A stretch of DNA of 64,000 nt from assembly GCF_036321535.1 (NCBI RefSeq), contig NC_087437.1, forward strand, positions 104,658,001 to 104,722,000, written 5' to 3'. Positions 29,090 to 42,950 of the stretch are shown one piece after another (the first letter of the stretch is position 1; every line of letters begins with the position of its first letter). The notes under the pieces are model-generated. The model saw only the letters and a list, made by a program, of their open reading frames with translations. It searched no databases and had not been told where the DNA came from. This stretch comes from Camelus dromedarius (Eukaryota). The translations under genes and the position numbers were made by a program.

Positions 29090-32000
29090 TTTAACTCATT
29101 TTAACAGTTCTATGAGCTATAACTTGTAATATTAATTCCTTTAAAGGATGAATTCAACAGTGTTTAGCATATTCACAAATGTGTACAACCATCAGCACGA
29201 TCTAATTTTACATTTTCATCACCCTGAAAAAGAAACCCATACATATTTTGCCTTCCATTCCTAGTTCTAGAAAACTGCTGTTGTACTTTTTGTCTCTAGA
29301 TTTGCTTGTTCTGGACAGTTAATATGGATGGAACATACAGTATATTGATTTTTGTGACTGACTTTCACTTAGCATAATGGTTTCAAGGTTCATCCATGTT
29401 GTGGTATATATCACTACTTTATTAACTTTATTACAAAATAACGACCAATTTAATGACTGTTCTGCATGTTAATTGAACATCTGTTTTTTTCTCACTTTTT
29501 GGTGTAATATTTTGATTTCTTAAATGATTTTATTTTTATTTTAGGGGGTTTTTTTAGATCTACAATATATATCTTATAAGAATCTACTTCAGACTGTAAT
29601 AGTTTTACTGCAATGAGTATTTCTACTTTTTCCCTATTTAGCTCAACCTCCCTTTTTATACATATTTTATGCATATTTCCATGTATGTTACAAATCCAGT
29701 ATGTATTCCTATAGTTATTACTTTGTATAATTTAATATCTTTTAAAAAGCTGAGTGAAGAAATGAGAGTGAGTGTACATTTACAGAATTTGTTATATGAA
29801 ATTTCTTATATACCAGTTCTGATTGTCTGCATTTCTTACAGTAGATTCGGATTACTCCTTGGTGTCATTTCCTTTGCCTCCTTCCTACCTGCTTCCTTTG
29901 TGCTCTCATTGTCGAATGCACTATATTTCTATATGCTGTAAGTCCAGCAATACAATTACATACATTTTTATGCAATTACTTTTTATTTCAGTTAAATGAA
30001 GAAAGGAAAATAAATATAGAATTATACTGATTTGTGTAAGTAACTACATGATCACTTTTATTGGTGCTTTTTGTTTTTTCATATGGAATTTGAATTAATG
30101 TCTAGTGTCATTTACTTTCACGTTTTCTTGGTTTAGTTATTTTTGAATCTGGAAATGTACTTGTTTCACCTAATATTTTAAGAATTGTTTTGTCGGAAAT
30201 ACAATTCTTGGTTAGTAGTTTGTGTCAGCGTTTCACTACGCCATCACATTGTGTTTTGGCCTCATGATTTATTATGAAACACTAGCTGTTAATATTTTTG
30301 GAGTTCTTTTGTGCGTGATAAGTCATTTTTCTTTTGGTACGTTCAAAATTTTCTATTTTTCTTTCAAAACTTTGAAAATGTATCATTGACATATTTTATA
30401 TTTATCATATTTGTAGTTCATAGACCTTTGTAGATGCATAGATGAAAGTTTCAAATTTGGGGAGTTTTCAACCAGTATTACTTTGAATTTCTTTCTTTGT
30501 CTTTCTTGGTCTGTTCCCCTGGTATTTACTGTTACATGTAAGTTGGCATGCATAATAGTATTACATATTTCTCTGAGGTTCTGTTCATTTTTCTTTGTTT
30601 TTTCTTTCCCTGTTCTTCAGAATATTCAATCTCTGTCAATCTATCTTTAAGTCCACTCACCTATTCTCGGTTTTGTCCCTTCAGATCTACTGTTGTGTTC
30701 TTCTAATGAATTTTCCATTTTGGTCCTTGTACTTTTCAACTCCAGAATTTCTACTTAGTTCTTTTTTTTCTTTTTGTAATTTCTTTATTTCCATTGCTAT
30801 TTCCTATTTTATAAAACATTTTCTTTATACCTTCTTTATTTTTAATCATAAATTTCTTTAGCTCTTTGAGTATATTTATAATAGCTACCATATTATCTCA
30901 AATAGCTACCTTTATTTGGGCCCATTCACGTACATTTTTCTCTTGCCTGCTGCTTTTCCTGTGCATGGCTCACTCGTTCCTGTTTATTTACATATGTTGT
31001 CTATTTTTGTTGTAAACTTGATGCTTTGGATAGAACACTGTAACAACTCTGAATATTGAGACCAACCCTCTCCACCCCACACAAGCCTCAAGGGCTTGTT
31101 GTTATTATTATTGTTTCTTTGCTTGTTTGTTTAATTGTTGGCTTCTCTGCAGTGTTTGTCTCTGATATCCACTTCTCAGAGAACACAGCCTTGCACTTTC
31201 ATACAGTATCCTGACCATCTGGGATAACCGGGTTTTGACTAATTTTTTTTAAGCTGTCTTCGTCTCTTATCTCCCCACTAATTTGGGCTGGTTAACCTCT
31301 TTTTCTCTTAGATCAGCTGTAAGCTTCCACTGAGTATTGCCTGGTTGTTCTGTTGTTTTTCAGTAATACTCTGGGGATAAATCACTGCTCAGTCTCAGAT
31401 CCAACAAAGTAAGCTAAGTCCTTTCGTAAGAGCCAAACGTCCCTTGTCTTTGGGGTTTGCTAGGACTGCCTCCTTGACAAAAATCCTGAGCTACAGAGAA
31501 GGAACAAGGGAGGAAGAAAAACTTTTTCCTCATCAGCTGCTCTAACAAGTCCTTCTCAGCGGAGCAGAAGTTGGATCTTTGTGTGTGCAGAGAGAATGGG
31601 GTGAGAACTGTTTTTGTTTTTCATCTGGCTGCTGTCCATCCTCCTATATGGATATTCTGCAGCTCAGAGCCAAAGATGATAATCATCTGTCAAGGTTCAC
31701 CGCCTGACCAGTGTATGCAGAATTAATCTTCCCTAGGAAGTAGGGGTTGATGTGAGCCACCAGCCAGAGCAGCTCTCCCTCAATACATAGCTGTACAGGA
31801 GGAGGCATCTCTCTTCACCAAACCCGCCACCTGTATCCTCCCTGTGTAGTGGGAGTTGGGAGGTGAGGTGGAAAATGCATGCTGCCTAGTTGACTTTAGC
31901 CTCTCAGTAAAAACCCTACACAGCACAAAGCTGTGAAAAATGTGTTTTGCCAGTGTTCATAAACTGCTAAAACCACTTGAAGTAGCTCTCCTCTTAGGGA

Positions 32001-32290
32001 TCTTGGAAAAATGCGCTTTGCTACTCAGCTGCCGAGCCCACTGGGACAGCTCTTCAACACGACTGCGTGGCGGGGGCGTGGTGGGGCGTGGTGCAGTTCT
32101 AGCTCAAATGCTGCAGCCAGCCTGCTTTTCCTACTGAGTTTTCATAATTTTGTTGAATAAATGCTTCTTAATTTGCTGTAAATCATTGATCAAACTTCAG
32201 AAACTTGAATACTTGTCCGTCCAAATTTTGCCCAGCTTAGTAGGTGTCTCTTTAGGAGAGAGCTTTCTCCAAGCTCCTCACACCCCCGTT
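29090..32290 (-). mobile_element. Old L1 fragments (L1MB-like 3' end at ~29100-29470; L1M ORF1/5' region beyond)
   Basis: 'ctttcacttagcataatggtttcaaggttcatccatgttgt' is an L1 3' motif. 'ctgaggttctgttcatttttc' and 'tgtacttttcaactccagaatttct' are ORF1-region antisense motifs. Confidence 0.6.
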
Positions 32291-35200
32291 ACTACAACAA
32301 AACAAAATCCTCCTGATGGAAGTGCAGGCTCTCAAGCTTTGAAGTGCATTAAAATGACATGAGGTTGATTATTCAAATGAAAATGTCTAACCTCAACTCA
32401 GAGCTCTGTATCAAAATCTTTACTGGTGATTCGTGGACATCTGCAGCTTTAATAAGCTCCCCAGTTAATTCTGATTCTAGAGCAAGTTTGAGAGCTATGT
32501 AGTTGAATGCATTACTGAATAATGCTACACATGAGCAGTTTTATCTCATATATAGATTGTGAACATGACTTAAAATGTGTGGTGTCCCTTTCTCCAACTT
32601 CTACCAGAATCCTTTCTAAATCATCTTAAAAATTAAATAGTATTTAAATACTAGCAGATTTAGTTTTTTTTAAATTATCTTTATTTCATCATAGCCTTGT
32701 AATTGCCCCCAAATACTTGAATTAAATTAATTTCCTTATCCCCATTATGTAAGTTTTAAAAATATATATCAAAGTATAGGAGATTGACATCTTAAGCAAT
32801 TTGAGCCACAAATTTAAGTGTACAACAGCAATTACCTAATACTTTATTTTTCTAAGCTCTATATTAGTTCTTAGCTTAAATCATAAAATTTTCATTCCTT
32901 CATCATAATTTTTGTTTAATTTATGTAACATCCCAATACTACAATTCAATTTTTTTTAATTATGTATACTGATATACACAAACACAAGCACTTAACCCAC
33001 CAAGTATCACACGGTCGATTCCCCCTTTGCCACAATGCTCCAAACCACCTTCCCTCTGAAGTTTTACAATATCAGAATTTCTTTTTTATCTTATTTTATT
33101 CAGAATGTCTCATCACTGTCTGAAAACCTAAGCAAGCCATTTATAGCATAGAAGTTAACGGGGTATAGAATACTGTGAGACATTTTGCTGAAGTCTTCAG
33201 TGAATCTGAGGCTTCCACGAGGGGGAGGAACATGGTAGCAATGAGGACGGATGGTGGCGAACGTGAGTGCAGTGGCATTGTTAGGACTATTGTTATTAGT
33301 GTTATACTTTCACTCAGTTTCCAGAGATAGGTGAGTGATAATCTAGAGTTGGCTTTAGGGAAAAAGGAAGGCAGTGAGTGACTTCAACACCAGACATTTG
33401 GATCAGAGGAATGAATAATAATAAGAGGAACAAAGGAATCAAGCTGCTTGATGAACAGGTAGTTCCCAAATATGGCAAAGAAATGGAAAAAAATTGAAAA
33501 AATGCCAAAGATAAAGAGTAATTTGCTGATCACTGAATGGGAGTGCCATATATTTTACAGGGAAGCTTTGAGGAGAAAAAGGAAGGGTTGCCTTAGGTGA
33601 GGGGAATAACAGACATCAAAATGTATCTGAATATATTCAGGCAGCATTTTACAAAACAATGTAAACTCAGCCATGCATGGAAGCCAGATTGTACTATAAA
33701 AATTCTCTATCATCTCCATTGATGACAACAGATAAGGAATAATGTTTGAACAAATAATGTTGAGGACCTGGGGGAATAGGAAAAAAGTAATATTTTTCTA
33801 ATTCAAAAATTTTTTGCTAATTTCCAAGTCATAATGTGTATATGTGGTGTGTGTGTGTAACTCACCAGTGTTTAATAAAAACACAGAGACAACCATTAAG
33901 ATCTTACATATTTTACATGACATACTTTCTCTTATATTTTAGTATATGAGAAAGAAAAGGGAAAAAAATCTTCTGTGAATTAGGGTATGTATATATGCAT
34001 ACATATATATGTGTACATATATATGTGTGTATGTGTGTGTGTGTGTGTGCGTGTGTGTATATATATATATGTAAAATGACTTACATAAAATACTCACCAA
34101 CTGAAGTTGCTTATACCTATGATAGTTTATATAAACTCATCATTGTGAATTATCAGGTTAGTTAAAATCTCTGCAGTCCACTCTTTTCCAATTGAAATAG
34201 CTATATTGGCAATTTTGTAGGCAAGATAAGTTTAAAAAACACATTTAATTAATAACTTGTGTACTTACAAATATAATGCTGTCTAAGTAAAATACATTTA
34301 CTGGCTAGTGCATACAGATAGACATTAAGGACAAAACCATTTGTAGATTACAACTCTATCAATTTGTACATTGTTAAATAGCATATAAAAGTGACTAATA
34401 GAGTTTGTGAATATTAGCTGAGCAATATACTGACCGTGCTTTTTCTGTTCTTGAGAATGGGACAAAAATCCTCATGATGGATTTAGAATAGTGCCGCTTA
34501 GTGAATGGGCACTTATGATCATAATACAATGTTCTCTTGTAGAATGCAGTACATATTAATTCTCTGTGATGAAACGAAACAAAACAAAACAAAACTGCAA
34601 CAAACAGAATATTGAAAATAATCAAAATGAAGAATGTAAATCTTAAAAATAATTTCCCCTTTATTTCAACATCAGATAAGTGCAAAGCACAATGAATAAT
34701 GCTCTGGATCTGAAAGTTGTCCTGATTATATTTTGGAAAATAAATTAAATTAGTTATTAACATTTTAATAAAAAGTTTCTATTATTAGTTATATTTTTCT
34801 CTTTGAAAAGTTTGATGTTTCTATAATTATAATAAATGGTTGTATTTAACTTAACAAAATAAACTGTAAGGAAAGGTTATATGTGTAAGCAGATACAGAG
34901 GAATAATAAGGTCTATTAAAGTAAATTCATATATATATATTTTTTCAAATGATTTAAACTAATAAAGTAGCAGAAGTCTCATTAAATGTCTCGAGAATAA
35001 TATATTTATTTATTTTTTACTAATTTATGATTGACTTTAGCTTTGCAATGCTAATTAAATTCCTTTGGGGAAGTAATATACATAACCTTTCCTCACATTT
35101 ATTTGTATAGTAATTTTAATCAATAGATTTAAATTCAAAGAGAATGAAAGAGCATATATTAAAACCGGTAAGCCACTATCACCCGGAACTCCAATTGTTT

Positions 35201-36466
35201 GTTTATGTTTGTCCGTCTCCTATTAGTCTGCCAGAACCTTAAAGGCAGGAGTCATAGTTATTCATTTTTGCATCCTTAGTGTATAATACATGTGTTGAAG
35301 TAGCAGAAAACTCAAAATGTTTGTGAAATGAGTAAACTAATAATGGAACATACTTAAAAAATATAAATGTCTTGATAAAAGGTACATTATTTAACCATTA
35401 CACCAGTGTCCAGTTAAGACTTTTATGAGAATCTGAAATGTTTTTATTTTTGTTTAGATTAAGCTACCATCTTACTTTCTATCCCAAATGGACAAGGACA
35501 TGTGTTAAATTTCTTAAAAGATGCCCTGTGTTTTAAAAAAAGCATAACCAGTGGTCGCACTGTCTGTTACTTTGCCCATTACATTCAAGTCACAATCTTA
35601 ATTCCATCTACAAATGTAATTCCCTTTTTGTCCTGTAGCATCATATATTCACAAGTTCCCTAAATTAGTATATGGACATTTCTATTTTGTATGTGTATGA
35701 GGTGGGGCAGTGTAAAGGGGGATATTATTTTGCTTACTCCAGTATCATATTCCTCTTAGTACTTCTGTTTATAAACTAGTATTTAAAACAAAAACAGGCA
35801 CAATTTCTATCATTTTTATATAACTTTTGAAATTTATTGTGACCATGTGTCTGTTCCCAAGTGTTTCTAAAGTGTTCATGAAAATATGAATATCCCATTT
35901 TAATTTATTCTCTAGAAGAATAACCAGGAATGCATAATATCAAAAATTCTAAATTTAAATGCCAGTTAACACAATCCTGAAAATGCAGTTGTTTTCTTAC
36001 ACCAGCTCAGATACTCAATATTTGCGAAATAGTTTAAATTATGTATTTTTCATGAAAATAATAGATTGAATTCATTGGCCTTGAAAGAATTATCAATATT
36101 TATACTTTTTATATTTGTGTAATATAAAAATTTAAATTTCTGTGTTATAAAATGTTGTATTCTTTCAGCTGAGTCACAAAAATAACTATAAACCAATTGT
36201 TACAGAAACAGAAAATAGCTTATATTACTAAAACAAACAAACAAACAAATACTGAAAAAAAAAATTATGGACCAGGCACTAAATTAAAAGCTAGAATGCT
36301 GAGTAGACCCTTGGCTTTTGCAAGTGTTAATTTCCAGTGTCATACGTAGATACAATATTTTCAGAGTTTGTTATTTTACCTTAAATTATACAATCTATAT
36401 TATTTTGAGGAAAATGATCATCAAGATATAGGCAATGAAGTTGAAAAGTTGGCTTTTGGCCTAAGG

Positions 36467-37525
36467 CAGTGTTTCTGAACATACACTTGACCCTTGAACA
36501 AAACAGATTTGAACTGTGCAGGTCCACTTATACCTGAATTTTTTAAATAAATACATCAGAAAAAATTTTGGACACTTGCAACAATTTGAAAAATCTCATT
36601 TATGTACTGCATAGCCTGGAAATAGAAAATTAAGAAAAAACTAAATGAATCATAAAATATATGTAGATACATAGGCATAAGACCAGTGCTACTTAATCCA
36701 AAATTAATAACCTGTTAGTTTACCTCAAGTATGCCTCTCCCGCAGCCTATCATTGGTAACAGTGTTTCCAATACTGTATTATGAATGTTACTGTAATACT
36801 GTATGCCATAACAGTTTTATAATGATTCATTGATTAATGTCTAGCGTAAGCTACCATGAAGCAATCGTATTGATTGTACCAGGCTACCACAAAGCAGTCA
36901 TATTGCTGCTTCTTCATTATCAGGGCATGAATTATTATACCTATAAATAAATAAGAATTTCTTTTTCACGTTCTTTCCAGTTTTGATATCTCGTGCTAGT
37001 AATTTGTGTAACATGTACAGTGTTTGGAAATGTTTTGTTTCAAATAAGATAATATTAATGTAGGTACTGACAAATGATTCATCTTGTAAGCAGACAACAT
37101 AAACTTACAGTATTGACAAATATAGTGCAGTACTGTAGGATGTATTTCCTCTCCCTTAAGATTTTCTTAGCAATATTTTCTTTTTTTTATTGTAAGAATA
37201 CAGTATACAATATACATAACATACAAAATATGTGTTAATTGACTTTATGTTACTGGTAAGGCTTCTGGTCAGCAGTAGGCTATTAGTAAAGTTTTGAGCG
37301 GGTCAAAGGTTACATGCGGAGTTTCGACTGTGTGGGTGTTGGCGTCCCTAATCTTCATGTTACTCAAGGCTCAAATGTATTTCTGAACCAAAAACATCAA
37401 AATCGCTTGGGAACTTCTCGGAAATACCAGTAGTTAGGCCCCATCAGAAACACCTGGGATGGGGCCAGCAATCTGTTTAAAGTCTTCAAGGTGATTCTGG
37501 TGTACTCTGAAGTTTGAAGAGCATC
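36467..37525 (+). mobile_element. MER5A hAT fossil split by the Tigger2 insertion
   Basis: 'cagtgtttctgaaca' lies to the left of the Tigger. To the right is 'catcaaaatcgcttgggaactt...ggggccagcaatctgttt...ggtgattctg...aagtttgaagagc'. Confidence 0.6.
36484..37377 (+). mobile_element. Tigger2-derived non-autonomous TcMar DNA transposon
   Basis: Degenerate TIRs cacttgacccttgaacaa / ttactcaaggctcaaatg, with a TA target duplication at 36482-36483 and 37378-37379. Confidence 0.8.
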
Positions 37526-37643
37526 CCCAGCCACTCCCTACACAAAAAGAAAAAAAGAATCTGAGCAGCAATTATAATGGTAAAGATTATAATGTTAATA
37601 AAGAAAAAACAACTGGCTAGGTCCATTTCTTCTGTACAGTTTT

Positions 37644-37660
37644 GTGTGTGTGTGTGTGTG

Positions 37661-37700
<40 letters not shown>
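37644..37700. repeat. (TG)n microsatellite
   Basis: Long TG run with one interruption. Confidence 0.95.
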
Positions 37701-37702
<2 letters not shown>

Positions 37703-39340
37703 GAACTTTAGCAAGATTATTAACTTTGAAGTTTGGCCAAAATGTGTAAGTACTTAACTGAAGTTACAACTGGTCGGGGAGACAGAGTATTACAGGCGAA
37801 TGCAATTGAAAAGAGAAATCAGAGATGCTTTATTTTATTATTTAAACAAACCTAGCCAGGTATTCTAAAACACTCTTGATTTCATATACTCTTTGTAAGT
37901 TACTGATTTTGTATTTTTATAGCATTTGTTACCATAGAAGTTAAGCAGCATATCTTCAGAATATATACATGCATATTAGAGTACACCAAATATATTTTAT
38001 AAACAATTTTCTTTCGATTAACACAATGACCCTCACCTCCACCATATTAAGGGCAGTATTTTCCCTGAGAGCCTATTTGATAAATAATTTAAAAACTTAT
38101 TTCCTTCTTCTTTACAAAACAAAATGCATTATCTTTCATTTAATTCACAGGAGACTTCATTTTCATGGATATTCTGAAATACATTACCAATATAACATGA
38201 GTGATTTTTATAACTTGAGGGAAGATGTTTCTCTTTCAAATACATTTATTACAATTATCCATCCAGACAAGAGAGAAAAATAAGCAGTCTAATGGTATTT
38301 AAGAGCAGATAAAGTTCAACAGATTTATGGAAACTCAGCTTACATGTCAGGGACAGTAATAATTAGACAATTTTTATCCACTGTTAGCTCTTTAAGGAAA
38401 TTCTGCAGTAAATTTCACGAATGGACAAGTGGGCTCGAATCATTCACTCCGAGCCGAGAATCAATTTGATCCATTATCTCAGTACATTACTTTGAAACTG
38501 TAAGGGACTGGATTTTAGAAATTGATAGATATTACTAAACCTCATTACAGAATGATTTCCTGAGTGTCTGAACAAGGGTCTCCTCTGTCTAATTTACCCC
38601 TAAAACTGTGCATTTGTAGCTGCAAAGAACAGCATAGTAAAGGCTCAATAAATATTTTTGAATGGTTCAATTAGCCCTTGCAGTAGTTAATGATATTTTT
38701 TAAAACACAAAATTGAACCATTAATTTATCTTCTATATGTATAGTCAAAATTTATACTTCATATTGCTTTACTTTTATTTAAAAATTTTTATTCAAAAGA
38801 TACGTATTGGAGATGAGCCTTTCTTTGCAAGCATATAAAATGTATATTAGCAAAATCCTACATTAAACATCAGATTATGGGTGAAATATGATAATCATTT
38901 CCATTAAAGCCATAAGTAAGCAAAATGCCCATTATGAAATATACTATTCATTATTCTAAAGCTCTGAACCAACAAAGTAAAAACTGATAAATTAGGTGAA
39001 CAAATTGGATGTGAAGTGACAATTCTTCATTAACCAATTAATGAATAATGTTATACAGTTTGATTTTCCATTTTGAAAAAGAGATAATTTCTTACATATT
39101 CATACAAGTGATTTTTAAATTATAAAGGCAAAAATACAAAACAAAATTTTAAAAAGGCTTCAAAAACGATACTAATTTTCAGAAAGAGTGAAACTGAATA
39201 TGACTGATCTTTGATGTAGAGAAGTCTGAAAACAATACTCCAAAAACAATGGGATTGATAAATGAATATATTGAAATTTTAAATTATTTCTGTACACAAA
39301 CCTCACTGACCAAGGATAAGACACATAAAAGAGACTGACA

Positions 39341-39455
39341 GGGAGGGTATAGCTCAGTGGTAGAGTGCATGCTTAGCATGCACGAGGTCCTGGGCTCAAT
39401 CCCCAGTGCCTCCACTTAAAAAACAAATAAACCTAACTACCTACCCCCAATCACC

Positions 39456-39486
<31 letters not shown>

Positions 39487-39498
39487 AAGAAAATAGAG
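39341..39498 (+). mobile_element. tRNA-Ala-derived camelid SINE (Vic-1 type), young copy with poly(A)
   Basis: The head gggagggtatagctcagtggtagagtgcatgcttagcatgcacgaggtcctggg...cctcca is tRNA-Ala(AGC)-like with pol III A/B boxes. A unique tail and a ~29-nt A run follow. AGAGACTG is repeated at 39330-39337 and 39499-39506. Confidence 0.85.
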
Positions 39499-39774
39499 AG
39501 AGACTGCAAAAAAAAGTGTTTGTATTGTATATAAAGGTATTTACTACCCAAAGACTATAATGGATTTTTATAAAGTGAGAATAAAGCAACCCAAAATAAA
39601 ATAGATGAAGTACATGAACATTATTTTCCCAGAAATACAAAGCCATTATTCATTCAAAGGATACCCAACCTAATAACTAGGAAATGTAAGTAATATTAAT
39701 AGTAACTCATTTTTGAACAATTATGTTGAAAAATATGAAATAGAATGAAGACCCAAATGCAGACTAGGATTTTT

Positions 39775-41258
39775 TTTAACATTTTTTATTGATTTATAAT
39801 CATTTTACAATGTTGTGTCAAATTCCAGTGTTCAGCACAATTTTTCAGTTATTCATGGACTTATACACACTCATTGTCACATTTTTTTCTCTGTGAGTTA
39901 TCATAACATTTTGTGTATATTTCCCTGTGCTATACAGTGTAGTCTATTCTACAATTTTGAAATCCCAGTCTATCCCTTCCCACCCTCCACCCCCCTGGTA
40001 ACCACAAGTCTGTATTCTCTGTCTGTGAGTCTATTTCTGTCCTGTATTTACGCTTTGTTTTTGTTTGTTTGTTTGTTTTTGTTTTTGTTTTTTAGATTCC
40101 ACATATGAGCGATCTCATATGGTATTTTTCTTTCTCTTTCTGGCTTACTTCACTTAGAATGACATTCTCCAGGAGCATCCATGTTGCTGCAAATGGCATT
40201 ATGTTGTCGGTTTTTATGGCTGAGTAGTATTCCATTGTATAAATATACCACCTCTTCTTTATCCAGTCACCTGTTGATGGACGTTTAGGCTGTTTCCATG
40301 TTTTGGCTATTGTAAATAGTGCTGCTATGAACATTGGGGTGCAGGTGTCATCCTGAAATAGGGTTCCTTCTGGGTACAAGCCCAGGAGTGGGATTCCTGG
40401 GTCATATGGTAAGTCTATTCCTAGTCTTTTGAGGAATCTCCACACTGTTTTCCATAGTGGCTGCACCAAACTGCATTCCCACCAGCAGTGTAGGAGGGTT
40501 CCCCTTTCTCCACAGCCTCTCCAGCATTTGTCATTTGTGGATTTTTGAATGACGGCCATTCTGACTGGTGTGAGGTGATACCTCATTGTAGTTTTGATTT
40601 GCATTTCTCTGATAATTAGTGATATTGAGCATTTTTTCATGTGCTTTTTGATCATTTGTATGTCTTCCTTGGAGAATTGCTTGTTTAGGTCTTCTGCCCA
40701 TTTTTGGATTGGGTTGTTTATTTTTTTCTTATTGAGTCGTATGAGCTGCTTATATATTCTGGAGATCAAGCCTCTGTCAGTTTCACTTGCAAAAATTTTC
40801 TCCCATTCCGTAGGTTTTCTTCTTGTTTTATTTCTGGTTTCCTTTGCTGTGCAGAAACTTGTAAGTTTCATTAGGTCCCATTTGTTTATTCTTGCTTTTA
40901 TTTCTTCTAGGAGAAAATTTTTTAAATGTATGTCAGATAATGTTTTGCCTATGTTTTCCTCTAGGTGGTTTATTGTATCTTGTCTTATGTTTAAGTCTTT
41001 AATCCATTTTGAGTTGATTTTTGTATATGGTGTAAGGGAGTGTTCTAGCTTCATTGTTTTACATGCTGCTGTCCAGTTTTCCCAACACCATTTGCTGAAG
41101 AGACTGTCTTTATTCCAATGTATATTCTTTCCTCCTTTGTCAAAGATGAGTTGACCAGAAGTTTGTGGGTTTATTTCTGGGCTCTCTATTCTGTTCCATT
41201 GGTCTATATGTCTGTTTTGGTACCAATACCATGCTGTCTTGATGACTGTAGCTCTATA
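39775..41258 (-). mobile_element. Young 5'-truncated L1 (ORF2 C-terminus plus 3' UTR)
   Basis: Perfect 16-bp TSD GCAGACTAGGATTTTT at 39759-39774 and 41259-41274, an L1 endonuclease TT/AAAA site on the minus strand, and an AATAAA near the 3' end. Confidence 0.95.
40092..41258 (-). pseudogene. L1 ORF2p C-terminal ~388 codons, reading frame uninterrupted (no EN or RT domains)
   Basis: Translation [12 protein letters not shown]...[18 protein letters not shown] (CCHC knuckle)...[10 protein letters not shown]...HMRSLICGI*, from ORF 40092..41414. Confidence 0.9.
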
Positions 41259-41529
41259 GCAGACTAGGATTTTTAAATCACTTACGAGGCTATAAACTGC
41301 AGTAACTTGGCAGAGCATTTTAAAAAGTTCAATTAAATGTTGGACGCACATATCCTGTAACCCAACAATTATACTTCCCTCATATTTGTTAGCAAATGAA
41401 TCAAACACAGGCACAAGGTGAATGTTTCTTGAGAAATTATTTGTACTGATAAAAGAAAAAGATTTTAAAAATCATTAGCAAAAGGAAAAGATAAATAAAT
41501 TGAGGAATATTAGTACCCTGATATGAAAT

Positions 41530-42950
41530 GCTATCAAAGAAGAACTAAATAAATAAGGATATAATTTATGTTCATATAAGAAGTATCCATATTGTCAAGA
41601 TGTCAGTTCATCACAACTTGATCTATACAGTGAAGGCAATCCCAATCAAAAACCCAGCAAGATATTTTGTGGATATGTCACAAAGAATAACTCAAATTGG
41701 ATCATAGCCCTAAATGTAAAATGCAAAATATAAACCTCCTAGAGGATGACACAGGAAAACCTAAATGACCTGGGTGTGCCCTTTTAGATACAACCTAAAG
41801 ACACAATCCATGAAAGAAATAATTGATAATGTGGACTTCATTAAAATTAAAAATTTCTGTTCTGTGAAAGACAGTGTCAATAGAATAAGAAGATAAGCTA
41901 CAAACTAGGAGAAAATATTCACCAGAGGCACATCTGATAGACTGTAAACCAAAATATGCAGGAACTCTTAAAACTCAAGAGGAGAAACCAAACAACCTGA
42001 CTGAAAATGAGCCAAAGAACTCAACAGACATCTCGCCAAGAAGATGTAGACATTAGGAAAATACAAATTAAAACAACTATGAGATATTATTACACACCTA
42101 TTAGAACGAACAAAACCTGGAACACTGACAACACCAAATACCGGGATGTGGGGAGATAAGAACGCTCATTCATGGCTGGTGGGAAGTCAGAATAGTTCAA
42201 CCACTTTGGAAAACAGTTTGGCTGCTTCTTACAAAACTAAGCATCCTCTTACTATATGATTCAACAATTGCATTTTTTGATATCTGTCTATCCAAAGGAG
42301 GTGAAAACTTATGTCCACATAAAAACCATCAAGTGGATGTTTATAGAAACTTTATTCATAATTGCTAAAGCTTGGAAGCAACCAAGATGTCTTTCAGTAG
42401 ATGAGTGGATAAACTATAGTATATTCAGACAATGGAATATTATTCAGTGTTTAAAAAAATGGAGCTATCAAGACATAAGGAGACATGGAGTAATCTTAAA
42501 TATACATTACCAAGTGAAAGAAGCCAATTTGATAAGGTTATTTGCTGTATGGTTCCAACTATATGCCATTCTGTGAAACTAGAAATTCTTGTGAAAATAA
42601 AACAATCAGTAGTTGCTAAGATTGAGAACAAGAGAGGGATGAATAGACAGAGAACAGGATTTCTAGGGCAATGTTAATACAATTATACCATAATGACAAA
42701 TATATGCCATTATACATTTATCCAAACTAGTAAAATGTACAAGAGTAAAACCCTAATGTAAACTATGGACTTAGGTGATTATGATGTGTCAGTGTAGGTT
42801 CACCTTTCTTAAAAAAATGAACTGTTTTGCTTGGAGATGTTGACAATGGGAGAGGTTATGCATGATTGGCAGCAAGAGATGAATTGGAAATCTCTGTACC
42901 TTCCTCTTAATTTTGTTATGAACCTAAAACTACTCTTTAAAAAGTCTTAA
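41530..42950 (+). mobile_element. L1MC1-like L1 3' fragment with an internal deletion near 41677
   Basis: ORF2-like text (FIETLFIIAKAWKQPRC) and an L1MC-type 3' end 'aactatggacttaggtgattatgatgtgtcagtgtaggttca...gaacctaaaactactct'. Confidence 0.75.

Noticed and set aside
218..38283. Numerous 60-145 aa ORFs in AT-rich DNA
   Set aside because: They are low-complexity or repeat-derived, many start at non-ATG codons, and I recognise no protein similarity or exon structure.
39341..39414. Apparent tRNA-Ala(AGC) gene
   Set aside because: It is followed by a SINE tail, poly(A) and a flanking duplication, and it has an altered T-loop (GGCTCAA). It is a SINE head, not a tRNA gene.
40594..41154. 186-aa plus-strand hydrophobic ORF
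   Set aside because: Antisense shadow of L1 ORF2, a common artefact.
40092..41414. 440-aa ORF as a host gene
   Set aside because: It is the L1 ORF2 C-terminus plus ~52 codons of chance-open flank. The listed start is GTG, and the EN and RT domains are absent.
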